A stretch of 63,894 nt of DNA, filler included, from Phoronis australis (GCA_002633005.1; 11 parts of 11 records of this genome joined end to end with filler, not necessarily neighbours in it); one strand, 5' to 3'. Positions 23,561 to 37,533 are shown, counted from the first letter of the whole stretch. Notes: generated by a model not told the origin, from the letters alone. Numbers and translations: made by a program.

Positions 23561-24055
23561 TTTCACCGCATAATGGAGTCAATTTTCAGACATCCTTTTT
23601 GAAAAGGTCATAAGTAAAAGAGGAGCTCATGATGAAGTTAAAGTGATAGAAAAATATAACAGTCAGTAAACAAAGTCTTCAAATGCGCTCTGAAAGTTGG
23701 GAAGCATAGTTGAGTGCCTGGTGGGACCGTTTCATGCAAGTGACCATTTCTGGGGCCCAGTTTATCAATGGTCACAATTCCTATTGTAGCTATATAATGT
23801 ATGTTGTATCATTCATTTTCACTAACACACAGTTCTTCAAAGTGTTTTTTGAAGGTGAAAATTCAATATGAATGGGTATTACAATCAAACTTGCATCATT
23901 TGCAATGTTTTGTTCTTGTGCTGTTCGATCACAATGCATGTGTATACAACTATCTTTTCCGTGATGAGGCAAATGGCCGTTGATTACACGGATTTATCAT
24001 TTACTGTTTACACCTTATGTAGTAATAGTTTGATAAAACTTTAATTTCTTTGCAG

Positions 24056-24154
24056 AAATATGGTGTTAATACGACCGATGACAATGTGGAAGTAGTTAAA
24101 AAGTGTGATTTGGTTTGCCTTGCTGTGAAACCTCATATAGTTGAACCAGTCCTC
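24056..24154 (+). CDS. PYCR: Pyrroline-5-carboxylate reductase exon (truncated by linker)
   Basis: TTTGCAG acceptor; KYGVNTTDDNVEVVKKCDLVCLAVKPHIVEPVL with the conserved LAVKP motif. Confidence 0.85.
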
Positions 24155-27100
24155 NNNNNNNNNNNNNNNNNNNNNNNNNNNNNNNNNNNNNNNNNNNNTT
24201 AATTAATTAANNNNNNNNNNNNNNNNNNNNNNNNNNNNNNNNNNNNNNNNNNNNATAATCTTGAGTTGATCGAACATGGCGGTGTCAGCTGGGAAATAGT
24301 GCAAACAGAATTTTGATGATAAAATAGTGAGGAAACGCGATAGGGGACACATTCATATAATTCTTGGAATGAAAAACGATAGACAGAATTGAACGATACT
24401 AAAAATAACTAAAATCATATGTGTAGGTCAATTGCCATATTGTAAACAATTACCCACTTGATTGAGAAATCGGCGAAAACAGAAACTGACCAATAGGTGA
24501 CGCTATATTTCACGGCGCTGAAACTGAAAGCCCACTAACTCGGGACAAGCGACATATAAGAATAACACAAGTTATCCTGCAATAACCAAGTGCAAATGTT
24601 ACCTTTGCCCTTCATTGGCCTTTTTCCTATAGGAAGTTTGCTTCTATCCATTTGAAAGTGTGTGTAAGAACGGACAAATAACCATAGAAACTAAAACAGG
24701 AACACAACTTTTAAGTTAAAAGTGCATCCCATGGAAGCGGCCATCATCGAAGTCAAAACAGAGGGCGCTATTACAATTAGGCTAAAATAAAAATTAGAAT
24801 TTGTTGTGTATAAGACTGGATATTTGGTAATTAAAAGTAGCTTTGTTAAGTTTTGGCATGCATGTATTCGATTTAAAACATAAAACGTTTATTTCAAAAA
24901 CGCTGGGACTGTGTTTACTGAAAGTGACTTAAGATGGCACTGTATATTTGAGCTGTAGCCGCGGCTAATTTGTACTTGGAAATTAAATATTTTAGGAAAA
25001 CCAGGTATATATCAGCAATTTTGAGGTACAAATTTACATGAATATTCAGGAATTAGGAATTGTGTGTGCTTGAATAGATGTTAGGGGATGAGAAACGCAC
25101 ACTAATTCGGCTGTAGATATTTTCTTCAAAATGGCGGCGCCCAGTAGCATTGCGCTTTTGCTGGGAAGCGACTGAGAAATCTGCTGCGATTTCAGGTAAC
25201 CCTCTCACAAAACAGAATTACAAAAAAGTTTGTTTTACGGCAGTACTTTCAGACCACATTTTTGGAATCTGTAGGTAATGTTGTAGACGTGCTACAGTCA
25301 AGCCAAGTGTAGATCTGCTCGTCACCGTGCCGTGAAACTTGTATCAACATGTATAGTCCGATTACCTCTCGTCGTCAGTCTCCAAAGGTCGTCCGCCATC
25401 TTGTTTCGCGTGCAGCGCTGCCACGCGNTGTTTTACGGCAGTACTTTCAGACCACATTTTTGGAATCTGTAGGTAATGTTGTAGACGTGCTACAGTCAAG
25501 CCAACTAAATATCGGACGTTTTGGCACATTTTCATTTAACCAGCCAGCTAGCTGTATGAAGACTGTCGTCAAAATACAGCTAGGTCCCACTGCGTGTATT
25601 TCTTCCATAGACCCCAAAATTGCACCCAGCCAGTGTAGATCTGCTCGTCACCGTGCCGTGAAACTTGTATCAACATGTAAAGCTAAAGACCAGACGGTGT
25701 GCATGCAAAATCTGGGAGTCAACCGACACTCACCTTGCGTTTAAGTGAAAAACAATGCAATAAACGTCATTTTCTTGCGTAACTCTCTGCCTTTTCTAAC
25801 AATAATAAGTATTTCATCGTTTTGAAAACAGTACGCTCGTGTCACACGCACGCGCCATTTCCTAAATTTTTGCGACATCTCTCTGGAGATGATGATAGCT
25901 TGGCAGCAACAAAATTTCTTCTGAAATTCTATTTTTCGGTACCAAATTTCTAAAAATTTTTAGTGAAGTGAAGCCAGTTCTGATAACTTGTTGTGACGTG
26001 TATGCATCCTTGTGAAAGAACAACAGTTGATTGAAGAATCGGCGAAAAAAGAAACTGGCCAATAGGTGACGCAAAATTTCATGGNCCAGTTCTGATAATT
26101 TGTTGTGACGTGTACGCAACCTCGTGAAAGAACAACAGTTGATTGAAGAATCGGCGAAAAAGGAAACTGGCAATGCAAAATTTCATAGCGCCGAAAGTGG
26201 TCGCTAAAGATCGCTCCACAACTTTAGCAGCAGAATAACGGTAGAACGCCATTTTTGCCAACACCGTTAAATAATTTAAATTACTCAAGGAAGACTGTAG
26301 TTTTTAATGGCGCTAATTTTGTGTCAGATTTTATCTTACCACTTTTTTACAAGCATCGGTGCAAAGCTGTATATTTATATACAGCTTTGTACCAAGGCTA
26401 GCATTAAACTTGAGTTGTTGCTAACCTGAATTTCAATTTTTGCTATCCGTAAAAATCTTGCACAGTTTTGGTCATTGGTACCTTGCATTAAATTAAAATC
26501 AAATTTTAACACATAATAAGGCCACATATACTTTTATTTTCAATAAATAATTACATTTTTGAAAAATAGACAGACCGCGAAAAAGTCACCCTTCAGACTT
26601 CACAGCGGCAATCCCTAAGACCGTATTCCTCTTCTTTCGGGAGTCGGCACTGGGAGCCGGGAATTCATAAGAATGTCCTTTGGAATTCCCCCTGAATAAA
26701 TACCAGGCCTTTTAAACTGCTGTATAGTGTAGAAAATATGTCGTCAATCATTCACTTTTTAGCTTTTGCGCTTATCTGTATGACTTACATCCGCTGACGA
26801 ACGCGGTGCTTCCAGCTGTCATGGGTAAACGCCGGCAAAAATCAAACGTCATCCCTTGTTCACTGTCTCGCAGGCCAGAAAACCTAATTTCCATGACGGA
26901 ACCCATCCCCGCACTCTTTTTGTTTCATATTATTGCTTTGATTCTTCCTGAACTTGTTTTTTAGCAACTAAACCAATGCCGTCCAGACCTGGACGGCTTC
27001 CATGTTAAGATGTTTTGCCAGAGTGCAGACGATCAGTAGTATCACGTGACAACTTATTCTGAAACTGCAGGGCATGTTCAGAGAATCGAAAGGATTTGAC

Positions 27101-27294
27101 CGCGAGCGTCATCTGTGCACGCTGCATCACACTCGTTCTATTTTCCTTTCGGTGCTCATTCGAAGACGAAACTTTCTTTGGCGGCCACAGGGGCTTTTTC
27201 GACGGTTTTTAGGCTTGTGTCGGGGTTCGTTACTTTGGAGCAAATGTCGAGCAGACAATCTTAGGATCTACTTGCCTATGCGGCTAGCTTTTTA

Positions 27295-27390
27295 ACTTGC
27301 CCATCGGGCAAGTACTTTTCAAATTCCACTTGCCCGACTCAAAATCTACATGTACACGGGCAATCGGGCAACCGTTAGTGTTGAGCCCTG
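27295..27390. mobile_element. hAT-like element terminus
   Basis: Subterminal CTTGCCC/GGGCAA repeats ending in GTTGAGCCCTG; partner end not securely identified. Confidence 0.45.
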
Positions 27391-28996
27391 TGATGAGAAA
27401 CACGAGGATAAAAGTTGTGATCACCATGCCCACTGTTCACGTGTCCTGCTCCACGCTTTGTTTTGATTACGAAAAGCTGAAGCTGGGCACTCAATTGCTG
27501 TGTCTTATGGAGTTTATCAAAAAAGGAACAGCGAGAATTTAAAATAATCGAGCAGCGATTTAATAAGTGTTTGTCATAGAAAAATTACAGAAAATAAGAG
27601 AATATTTGAANNNNNNNNNNNNNNNNNNNNNNNNNNNNNNNNNNNNNNNNNNNNTTAATTAATTAANNNNNNNNNNNNNNNNNNNNNNNNNNNNNNNNNN
27701 NNNNNNNNNNAATAACTCCCTTTCTGCCTTTCAAGTTTTGTATGTGAACCAATGTAGGCAATATAGAATAATCCATTCCCCATGCAGACGCCAGGTAACA
27801 AACATGGGCCGCCAGTGGGAGTCGAGTGTACTACCAATTTGATAGGGAGGCATTGCCAGTTACCAAGCGACTTCGAGAGGATTTATGCAACTGCACACCT
27901 GAAACCGTAGATTCACAACACACTAACGCCAAGGCAAAGGTTTTATTAGAGATCTAGCACTGGAACACCCACTGTATTGAGCATGTCTTGAGATGAAAAG
28001 ACAACAGCAAAATTGCTTCCAAATGTTTTTCTTGTACTACTCCCTGCAGTTATTTAGCGCAACACTGTCTTGAGACATAGATCTGTACCCGGGAAATGAT
28101 GTACCCGGCCGACTTGGCGCATGTGTCGAATGGATGAGATGAAGATGAATAATACAGGAAAAAGTGTACCAAGGGTATTCTCTGACAAGAGTCAGACACT
28201 ACAGTCATTAGTTGTGAACACGATTATCCATCAATTCTGACCAGTGGCTTGTATGAAATGATTTTTTCAATTCACAAGTCAGTTAAAGCAGAGGAAATGT
28301 AACATACATCTTCAAAGGTAGGAAACTTAATTCTTTGGCCTAAGATACCCACCCAAGTCCCATTTCACGTCTTAGGACATGCAAAGAATTCTTTTGTCAA
28401 GAAAAAAATGTCAGACATCTCTAGTCTTTACTAATTGACATGTGCATTATGACATCTTCTTGAAAGGCATTTTTAGTAGTACTGAATTGATATCTTCCTA
28501 AAAGCTATACAGCTATACTAAACATGGTTTGGTGGGAAATTTGAGTGCACGATGAGGGCATAGCTTCTTGATCCACAGTACGCCATGTGTGCCTAAAAAT
28601 AAACTTGCGATAAAATTTAAATCCTACCAGCACTTGTGATTTCAGTTCAATAGGTTTTACTCAACTGTGATTTGATGGCAGTTTTTAAAATGTCTGTTCA
28701 TGTATCTGATCAACCAGCTTGGCAACAACTAATTTCATTGGCTGAAAAATGTTACATTTACTGATGCATTCTTAAGTCTCACATCTCCTGACAAATACTT
28801 ACTATGCCCTCTTATTTACCGAGAATTTAATTTGCCAATGAGTTGACTCAATAGCAGGCTTCTTCCAAGAAAGAATACCCTAGAACTATAAGGTCTCTTT
28901 TTATAAAGCGTCGTTGAACACACACATGCATTTACAACGCGTATTTCCAGTGCTAAAGGAAAGTACACAATAAATNAAATTTAGTTGTGCATGCAC

Positions 28997-30581
28997 CAGG
29001 GCTTGGAATGACCCATGATAAAAACGAGGAAATTTTTACGGCCCTAAATACACATATCAATCTAAACCATACCTCAACAGATCGAAAGTTACTATGTCGT
29101 GTCGGCAAAACGCACTCATCTTAAGCAGTACCTGACATCTATTTCAGCAACAACAACGAAGGCAATTAGATGCAACAAAAAATATTTTTTAAAATTAAAA
29201 TTAAAATAGCGATAATGATGAAAAATTTGCAGTCTTAGTGGCAGGAGCTTATTCTGGATTTGCTGCACTGAAGGAGACCTATAAAATTATTTTCAATTCT
29301 CATGATTACGATACAAAATTACAAAAAAATGAAAATTGATCCATAGATTATCTAGAAAGCCTGAAATACGTACACATTTAATTCCAACAAAAATTTTAAT
29401 TCCAATGCAAATGGAAGAAGTCAAGACGAAAACCTGTGGCTCATACCCCAACTGTTAGCATGGAAAAATGAAAGTCAAAAACAACATACTTTATAGAATG
29501 CATCAATCACAATCCTAAGTTGGCCAAACTTTTCAGTTTCAAACAGTAATTACAGGAGTTAATTGTTCATAAGTCACGCTGGTATAGAAGAAACTACGAG
29601 ACATAAGAAATAAAGTTCTATCAGGACACTGAAATAGTCAGGCAGAATTTGTAAACAATGGCTTAGACCAATCAAATCATTCAGAATCTGTCACGTGATC
29701 ACTTCTCTAAAATTGCAAAACTCGAGTCACAAAATAGAACACGAAAAATGTCAAGATAAATTGAAATACATAAAAGGCAATTTAAAATGCATTTGCAGTA
29801 ACGAAAATAGCACTTTGTATCCCATTTCGGCGGCAGGTAGAAAATTGCACTCAAAGCGGTCAGGCCTTAGTTCAGTAGGGGTTAGCAGACAACGGCAACG
29901 GGCGTGCATGTGGGATCAAAGAATTTCATACATCACTCACACCCCACGATTCCAATCCAACGAATAATCGGTTACCGTTGAATTTCCTTTCAGGGAGCGT
30001 TGTTATTTCTGGTTTTTATTCGTTTTCAGTCGATCCTCCGAGGCGACTCGCCCACGCACTCCGTAATTGTTCCTCTCTCAAAGTTTACAGACCACAAACC
30101 TTGACGCATGTTGTTTTTGAAGACATTGACCTTTTTATCCACTTTTTCACGAAATACTCTGTCTACTCCACGCTCCACGCATTTTTGACAGCAGAATCGC
30201 ACTATTTGTAGCCGCGATTTTATACCAAATGCAGACGCCATTGATGAACTACGCTATCCCAGACACAGGCGCTTGAATTTACTGTATCTGTTCCTCGATT
30301 GCCTCTGAGGTCACTACTAGGAAATCATGTTTCTTGTATATAGTTACGAGTCATCGGAAAATTCGAGCGCCTGTCATCCGCAATTACAATTTTCGTTCCT
30401 CCGAAACATAAAGAGCAGTTTCCGCTTTTCGAGCAGTCGGCAACGCCGCGGTGAGAAATCAATTTGCCATGATGATTTTATGGCAAATCCGATTTTTTCC
30501 GCGGAAGTATAATGAAAATACGCGGAGGGGCTAAACGAAAAAAGCGGAAATCCGCGTTTCCGCGGAAAATTCCAAGCCTTG
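28997..30581 (+). mobile_element. Non-autonomous hAT-like element, family C, copy 1 (6-bp TSD)
   Basis: TIRs CAGGGCTTGGAAT / ATTCCAAGCCTTG; flanked by ATGCAC on both sides; aligns in reverse with 44950-47815. Confidence 0.88.
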
Positions 30582-32059
30582 ATGCACTGCATGGTTTGCA
30601 GAGATAACTTAGTAGGAGAGATTGCCGTGGTGTTTGTCGAATTTCCTTGTAACAGGTCTGGCCCCAAGATTATTTTTAGGGGCCATTGGCTCCTTGGAAA
30701 ATCTTAAGTTTACCTTGTGATACATATTTCCAGTTCTCACTTGACGTAAGGCTCCCCATAAAATAAGAGCCCTGACCACTTTTTTGGTATTTAACCGTAT
30801 TGGGAACTGGGAGTGGGAGCTTTACTTCAAAGGGAACCTTACGTCGTGCGACGACAGGGTACATGAGCAGTACTGTATTTCTAGCCTAAGTCTTAGGCTA
30901 AGACATGAAATAATGAACCCAGGAAACCATGTATGCATAACAGGGTACTGCAGGTACACTAGTTCCCACTTCCCAGGTACAACGTACACTGTACAACACT
31001 CAACAGCATGAACAGTAACTCCGCGCCGGTAAAACTGGTAAAAAAGTCTATTCCTAAATCAAGTTAGCACATGATCAAATCAGCCATTACTAAATTTACA
31101 CCTACAACAACTCACCGACTGCGGGTTTCCATGACACAGGAAGGTGAAAATTAGCTAAATTTTGATACTATGATAAGGAATTTTAATCATTTAAACTAGG
31201 AAAATGTATTTAACCCGCCTGAGTAGGGCGCCGACATTTTGAAATGTGGTAAAAAAGTGTTGAAGCCGAGAAAAAAAACAAAAAAATTTAGTAATTTTAA
31301 TAAAATGTATTTTATTTAAAACACAAGAATATTTTTTAAAAATATTTATAAAATTTTAGAATAAAATGCTTTAAAATATGTAAACATTGGTTAAAAACTG
31401 AAGTATATTTTAGCTGCTGTAATCAACAATTTAGAAGAAATTTAGCTGCGCTACCTGGTGGTAATTTATTTGGAAGGAATGACGGGTAATTTCAGTTTGT
31501 CCAATCAGAATCGCTAAAAATTGTGCCGTATTTAAAATCCACACAACTGTGGGGCAGTTGTGCATGATATGCAAGGATAAAAAAATCAAAATGAATAACA
31601 ATCCAACGAGGTAAGTAAACTTTGTAGTAATAACACAACTAAAGGATAGCCTTACGGTTCTTTACTACTGACCTGAACTTCGCGCGATCTCCACGATACT
31701 GCCAGTAGTTATGTGCGTAAGTCGTTCACTGAATGAGTCTGACTTGTGTTTGATTCGGTAGCCTGCCATTGTCAGAGTCATGAACGTATATTATATTATT
31801 TATGGAGCTTGATGTTGCAGCATACACGTCAATAATTTATCCAACAGAGCCTGTCTGGTCAGCTGGCTGTAGACAGTACCACTTTCAGAACTGAGTATTG
31901 GCTAAACTGGCTCCAGTAGGCAGTAGAAACTGGGCATCCATGTCCTTCTGTAAAACGAAAGTGGAGTAGACGGCTTCCTCTTGAAAATGGCTGCAGAGAA
32001 CCAGTTTTCACTGAATAACGGCAATGTTCATTATTCAGTGAAACTGATTACCAGTAGCT

Positions 32060-32701
32060 ATTTTGAAGAGGGACACGGGTAATTGTTTACAATATGACGT
32101 CAATGACTTAGACATATGATTTTGGTATCGTTCAATTCCTCGCAATGTACGTTATATACACAGAAATTTCTCCTACCCCGTTCCCTTAGTATTTTATCGT
32201 GAAATTTCTTCTAGCACTATTTCCTGGTACGCGGTAGTAATACTGCCATGTTGAATGGAAGGAGTTACCTGGCGGTCAAAAAGTGAACTAATCTACCGAC
32301 TTGCAGATCGTCGCTTTTCATAAGTTCAAATTGACCGAGACCCGTCAATCCCCTGCCTGAGTTACGGAACCAAGGATTCGAATTCGATCCTATGGTGACC
32401 CTGATATACGCATCTGCTAGCAGGAATCCGCCAAAACAGCGGAGGTTGTTTTTGAGGTCCTGTGAATTTGTGAAAAGAGTATCACTTCAGATAATTCCGT
32501 GGAAAAATGGCCAAATGGTCACAATACTAAAAAATGGAAAAGGGAAAATGCTTCTACTTGCATGTTCATCAATATTATGTCAGGAAAATTTTAGCGGGAA
32601 TCTCGCACAGGCAAACACCATTCATTCCGAATCAATGATGACGTTTCATTTATTAACAGTAGGTGTCGCTGTAATCTTGAGTTGAGCTAACATGGCGGTG
32701 T
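32060..32701. mobile_element. Long-TIR element fragment related to 24255-24460
   Basis: About 32070-32260 is an inverted diverged match to 24275-24460, and 32670-32701 is a direct diverged match to 24255-24290. Confidence 0.55.
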
Positions 32702-33382
32702 NNNNNNNNNNNNNNNNNNNNNNNNNNNNNNNNNNNNNNNNNNNNTTAATTAATTAANNNNNNNNNNNNNNNNNNNNNNNNNNNNNNNNNNNNNNNNNNN
32801 NGCAATTACCACTTGATCATGTTGAATAAGAGTAAGAAATGCAATTACCACTTTATCATGTTGAATAAGAGTAAGAAATCATGGTGTGATTGTTGTTACT
32901 TATAAAATTAAAAATCTAACGAAGAATTGTGTGTTTCAGTACTTGTTATAAAATGCATCTCTTGTCGGTGCACACAGAACACAAGCATTTCAACATGTAA
33001 TTGAAATTAGTGTTGTCCATGTGGAAATGTTGTAAAACGTAATGTGTAATAACCAATTTAAAATATGAAATGCTCAGTTAGGTAAAGAATATGCCGATTA
33101 TCGCCCATTTACGTAGAAAATGTGATATGTATACGTATAGTCTAAATTCACACAAGCTGGCAAGAGTGACAAGCTTGCCGCGTGGTCCGCGAGATAAACA
33201 CCTGGCCTCTACGGACTACCAGTCCTGCGTGGCGATGAGGTCCTCTGCCATCGTCCGAGCGGTAGGCCTAAAGCGCAACATGTTGTAGGGGGAAGACCTG
33301 CATCCAACACCAGGTCGGGAAGGAATTAAAACAAACAGGTCCCAAAGGGCATTTGCCACGAACCTATTACCTGTCTCGGACT

Positions 33383-33540
33383 CGGTGACGGATTTAGTGG
33401 TAAGGGGCCAAGAGATCATGCCCCCCATAAAACTCTTCCACATTCCATTTCGCAGTTCAAGGGTGCGAATGTCTGACGGACAAAATCCTGATTAATACTC
33501 TTCCCTGACCCACCTAACTCAAAATCGTGGATCCGCTCTG
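33383..33540 (+). mobile_element. Family A hAT-like MITE, uninterrupted copy 3
   Basis: Body GGGTGCGAATGTCTGACGGACAAAATCCTG...AAAATCGTGGATCCGC matches the other copies; shows the empty site CATGCCCCCCA. Confidence 0.7.
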
Positions 33541-35473
33541 GCTCAGGTGTAATTTTTGTTCTTTTAAATTCAAAAAGTAAACGATGCATCGGTTAATAGA
33601 TGCTCTGATTGGTGTAAGTATACCGGAAACAACGCGGTTGTTATTAAAACGCTTTGTGTGGATTTCATGCTAATGCGAAATTGTCTGTATGTGTTACGAA
33701 TGAGTACATACTGGCATTTTTAAAAGAATATGAAGTAGGAATATTGATAAGCACAATACATTCATCAAATTCATGTCAAGATCGCATCATTTCGCGAGCG
33801 CGACCTACTGAAAAGTTTAGGGTCGCTGTGCCCCAAGAACCTCACCCACCGGAATCACGCACATGCACGGCTGGCCGAAACTGTATAGTAGTTAGGAGGA
33901 CCTTTCCGAACCNTAATTAAGTAAACAGTAAATGCTATAACCGTTTATGACCGGAGTTTGCTTTATAAGTAACTATTTTTCTCGTGCCCAACTCCAGAGA
34001 TGATTGTTAAAAATATCTGTCAATCTTACTTTGTTCGAGCTTCAGCAAATAAAGGTGCTGGACCCGCGGGACAGTTACTTGTATATGAGACCACATGCAC
34101 ATAGGCCGGGAGCAAATTCAATGGCCTTGGGCCACCGGGCCAGCATGTATTTGGAACATTAATTGATATCTTACCGGTAACAGACAGTTGCGACGAGTTG
34201 TAGTTTTTATATGGGATAAACTATCAACTGCACTGTCTAGCGCCCCCATTTGCAAAGCGTATGCATTCACCGTTTAAATCCCAACGGATTCCCTCATTGT
34301 TTAAATGGTGCATGTCCAATTCACAATACATCCTCATCAGGGCTTGACCAAATGAGTTTACATAATCTTTGCTGTTTGTACTTGAACTAAAGGCGTCATA
34401 TCTATATCAATTGTATACGTTTTGATTTATCGTAAATCATGAAGTCACTACTAGTTTAAGTTATACAAACTGGCAATCGAGTCGCAATATACTTATAATA
34501 TATTCAATTTTAAATTATTTTTCAAAGAATTACTTATTACCATGATTGTACCCATATGTTTAATTAATTAACCTGGTGATACACTAGTGATCTGTTCACT
34601 GTCTTTGGCCCAAGTCTCCACCAATCCAATAACATCATGTTAACTTAGTCAACAGTTTCTTACAAATTATTTTCTTTTTTTAAAGTCCATGTGCGTTCCA
34701 TGTCGCCAAATAGAGACCTTAACATAATTCCTATCCCAGGTCTTTTGCCGTTGTTCCACTTATTTCTTTAAACCTCAAAAGCCAGTGGTTCAGACCTTGC
34801 AAAGGGGTGTCGTTCCTGCAGGACTGGTTCTCAAGATCATCTACTTAGCTTTCCGTTCCAGCGATTTAACTGGTCTTGAGATCTTCATTTTCTGACCTAC
34901 TTAGTGACTCCTCCAGATGTCGCCCCACCTTGAGCATTTCATTTTCTATTTTTTTCGAACCTGGAATTAACACTTTGTATTAGTTACGTTGGAATTTGGA
35001 ATCTTATTTACGGCCCAATACATTTATTTAAAAATTAGAATTTAACAAGTAAATGTTCCACAACGAAAGGTGTAATGACTTGCAAGGAAATCACAAACCT
35101 TTGTCCTAGGTCATATGGACCTAGACAATAAAAAATGTTTATGAGTCTGGAGCTACCACTCACGCAAAACTCCTTCCGAGCCAAGACCATCAATTTTTAC
35201 TATATTTAAAAACGGGTTTTAAATGTCTTAGGAAGGGTGTTCGGGAAGCTTAATTTTGTAAGAAATCATAGAACGCGAATAGTCTGATAAACAATAAGCT
35301 GTAGTCTGTGCAACCACGCTGTTTGAGCTCTTAGGTGAATAAATTCTGAGAGAGCGTGATGGGGACGATTAATTTTTGTGTAGACGACCACCACGGGATC
35401 TTGCTCAAGTAAAAAAATGTGCATAGTCAAGCGAACAGTTTTCGTCCACCCTCTTTTATGACGGATAACTTTT

Positions 35474-36413
35474 TGGTCCCGACGTACAATTTTTTACCAG
35501 ACGACCACGTACTTTAATTGACTCAGAGAGCCTAGTAGAGGCTTTAATTTTTTGTCGGTACCGACCCGATGCGATTTTGCTCAAGTCTCAGATCGCTTGT
35601 GGTCGAGCGGACATTTTTCCTCCAAACGACCACGCGCTTTAAGGGCCTTGGAGAAGGCGTGGTCCCGACGGATAATTTTTGACCATACGATCACGCACTT
35701 TAATTGACTCAGAGAGCCTAGTAGAGGCTTTAATTTTTTGTTGGTACCGACCCGATGCGATTTTTCTCAAGTCTCAGATCGCTTGTGGTCAAGCGGACAT
35801 TTTTCCTCCAAACGACTACGCGCTTTAAGGACCTTGGAGAAGGCGTGGTCCAGACGGATATTTTTTTACCAGACGACCACGTACTTTAATTGACTTAGAG
35901 AGCCTAGTAGAGGCTTTAATTTTTAAACGGTACCGACCCGATGCGACTTCGCTCAAGTCTCAGGTCGCTTGTGGTCAAGCGGACATTTTTCCTCCAAACG
36001 ACTACGCGCTTTAAGGACCTTGGAGAAGGCGTGGTCCAGACGGATAATTTTTTACCATACGACCACGCAATTAAATTGACTCAGAGAGCCTAGTAGAGGC
36101 TTTAATTTTTTGTCGGTACCGACCCGATGCGATGTTGCTCAAGTCTCAGATCGCTTGTGGTCGGGCGGACATTTTTCCTCCAAACGACTACGCGCTTTAA
36201 GGGCCTTGGAGAAGGCCTGGTCCCAACGTACAATTTTTTACCAGACGACCACGTACTTTAATTGACTTAGAGAGCCTAGTAGAGGCTTTAATTTTTAAAC
36301 GGTGCCGACCCGATGCGACTTCGCTCAAGTCTCAGATCGCTTATGGTCGGGCGGACATTTTTCCTCCAAACGACTACGCGCTTTAAGGGCCTTGGAGAAG
36401 GCGTGGTCCCAAC
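35474..36413. repeat. 186-bp satellite, about 5 copies (resumes at 37534-37575 after an insertion)
   Basis: GAGAGCCTAGTAGAGG recurs at 35526, 35712, 35898, 36084 and 36270. Confidence 0.95.
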
Positions 36414-37533
36414 CACAGGCGCTTGGGTTTATCGCAAATGACGTCACAATATATATATAAGAAAACATAAAGGTTGGACACTTAAACTTTGCAAAGCCGA
36501 GGCTCCCAACTTCAACCGTCCAAAATCCAAATAAAATCTGCGTGCACCTCCCTCAGTCTGGTGTTGCATAAACCTTCGAAGCCTTATCTTTCCTAGATCC
36601 CATTAACTGTCTTCGTGAGTGGTGAATTGGCGATGGAATTTCCAAAACAATCTCAAAACTCTGAATTCAAGGACCTGAAATAGTAAACATGGCGGATTTC
36701 TGTTGTGCTTCAACTTGTACATTGTACGCCTGACGTAGGTGAAACTTCAAGTTTGAGCAAGCAACCTATATTTCAAATTCAATAACTCTAATCCAAAACT
36801 CAACTAATTGAGAATATTAAAGTTAGTATTTTAATGATTATTTGTAACTTTATTCCACTGACGGCTCATTTTAGCCCTTAACTTAGAATGTTATTGCATA
36901 AACTGGCGTATCTTGTTTCTCATCTTGACATCACGCACTTTTTTGATTGAAGCACAACACACACTCGGCCAGGAAACGCAGTCCGTGCAAGTATTACAAT
37001 GCGCGTGGCCGACGAGTTAACTCAATGGTTTTGGCCAAAAATAAAACCTTCATAAGAAATCACAGTACACAAAAAACTTCGCATATCAATACTGTATCAG
37101 GATAATTTATATTTGACACAAATATGTGAGTAATTACATTTATTTGGCAATAAAGTGCTCTCTGCTTCTCATGATCAAGTAGTCGGTGGATTGACGGCGA
37201 AAGCCGCGCGAAATTAGACTTTCGGATTTAGCTCGAGAGCGTCGGTCAAAACCCGGATGTGCGAAGACCGTCTGCCATGACATCACGGAATCAGGTCCTT
37301 GAATTTGTGATTTTGGCATTCTTTTGGCATTTTTGTCGCCAAATCACCACTCGAAGGCAATTTGAAGAGATCAAATGAAAGAAGGTAGTCTAAGAGTTGT
37401 CCGATGCTAGTTTCGAGGAGTTCCATGCACATTTGAGTAGAAAATTCTGAGCAAACAGATTTCGAGTGTCCAACCTTTATGTTTTCTTATATATATATTG
37501 TGACGTCATTTGCGATAAACCCAAGCGCCTGTG
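36414..37533. mobile_element. Young non-autonomous DNA transposon, P-element-like (69-bp perfect TIR, 8-bp TSD)
   Basis: TIR CACAGGCGCTTGGGTTTATCGCAAATGACGTCAC...GGTTGGACACT is identical at both ends; TSD GTCCCAAC at 36406-13 and 37534-41. Confidence 0.88.

Noticed and set aside
23117-23602. Repetitive ORFs on both strands and a CRISPR-like appearance
   Set aside because: Head-to-tail 57-bp units with no unique spacers; the ORFs arise only because the unit length is a multiple of 3. No cas genes, eukaryotic context.
32802-32879. 39-bp two-copy tandem repeat (and a 30-bp one near 56362-56420)
   Set aside because: Short ordinary tandem duplications; the first lies at a contig edge.
33200-33270. 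GC-rich stretch resembling a second HDV-like ribozyme
   Set aside because: P1, P1.1 and J4/2 cannot be assembled in the required order.
34300-34350. Hammerhead-like CTGATGAG core on the minus strand (also GATGATGAG...CCGAGAC near 51050)
   Set aside because: No intact GAAA and no convincing stems II/III.
35474-36413. Possible CRISPR array (palindromic repeats)
   Set aside because: Entire 186-bp monomers repeat, and there are no variable spacers.
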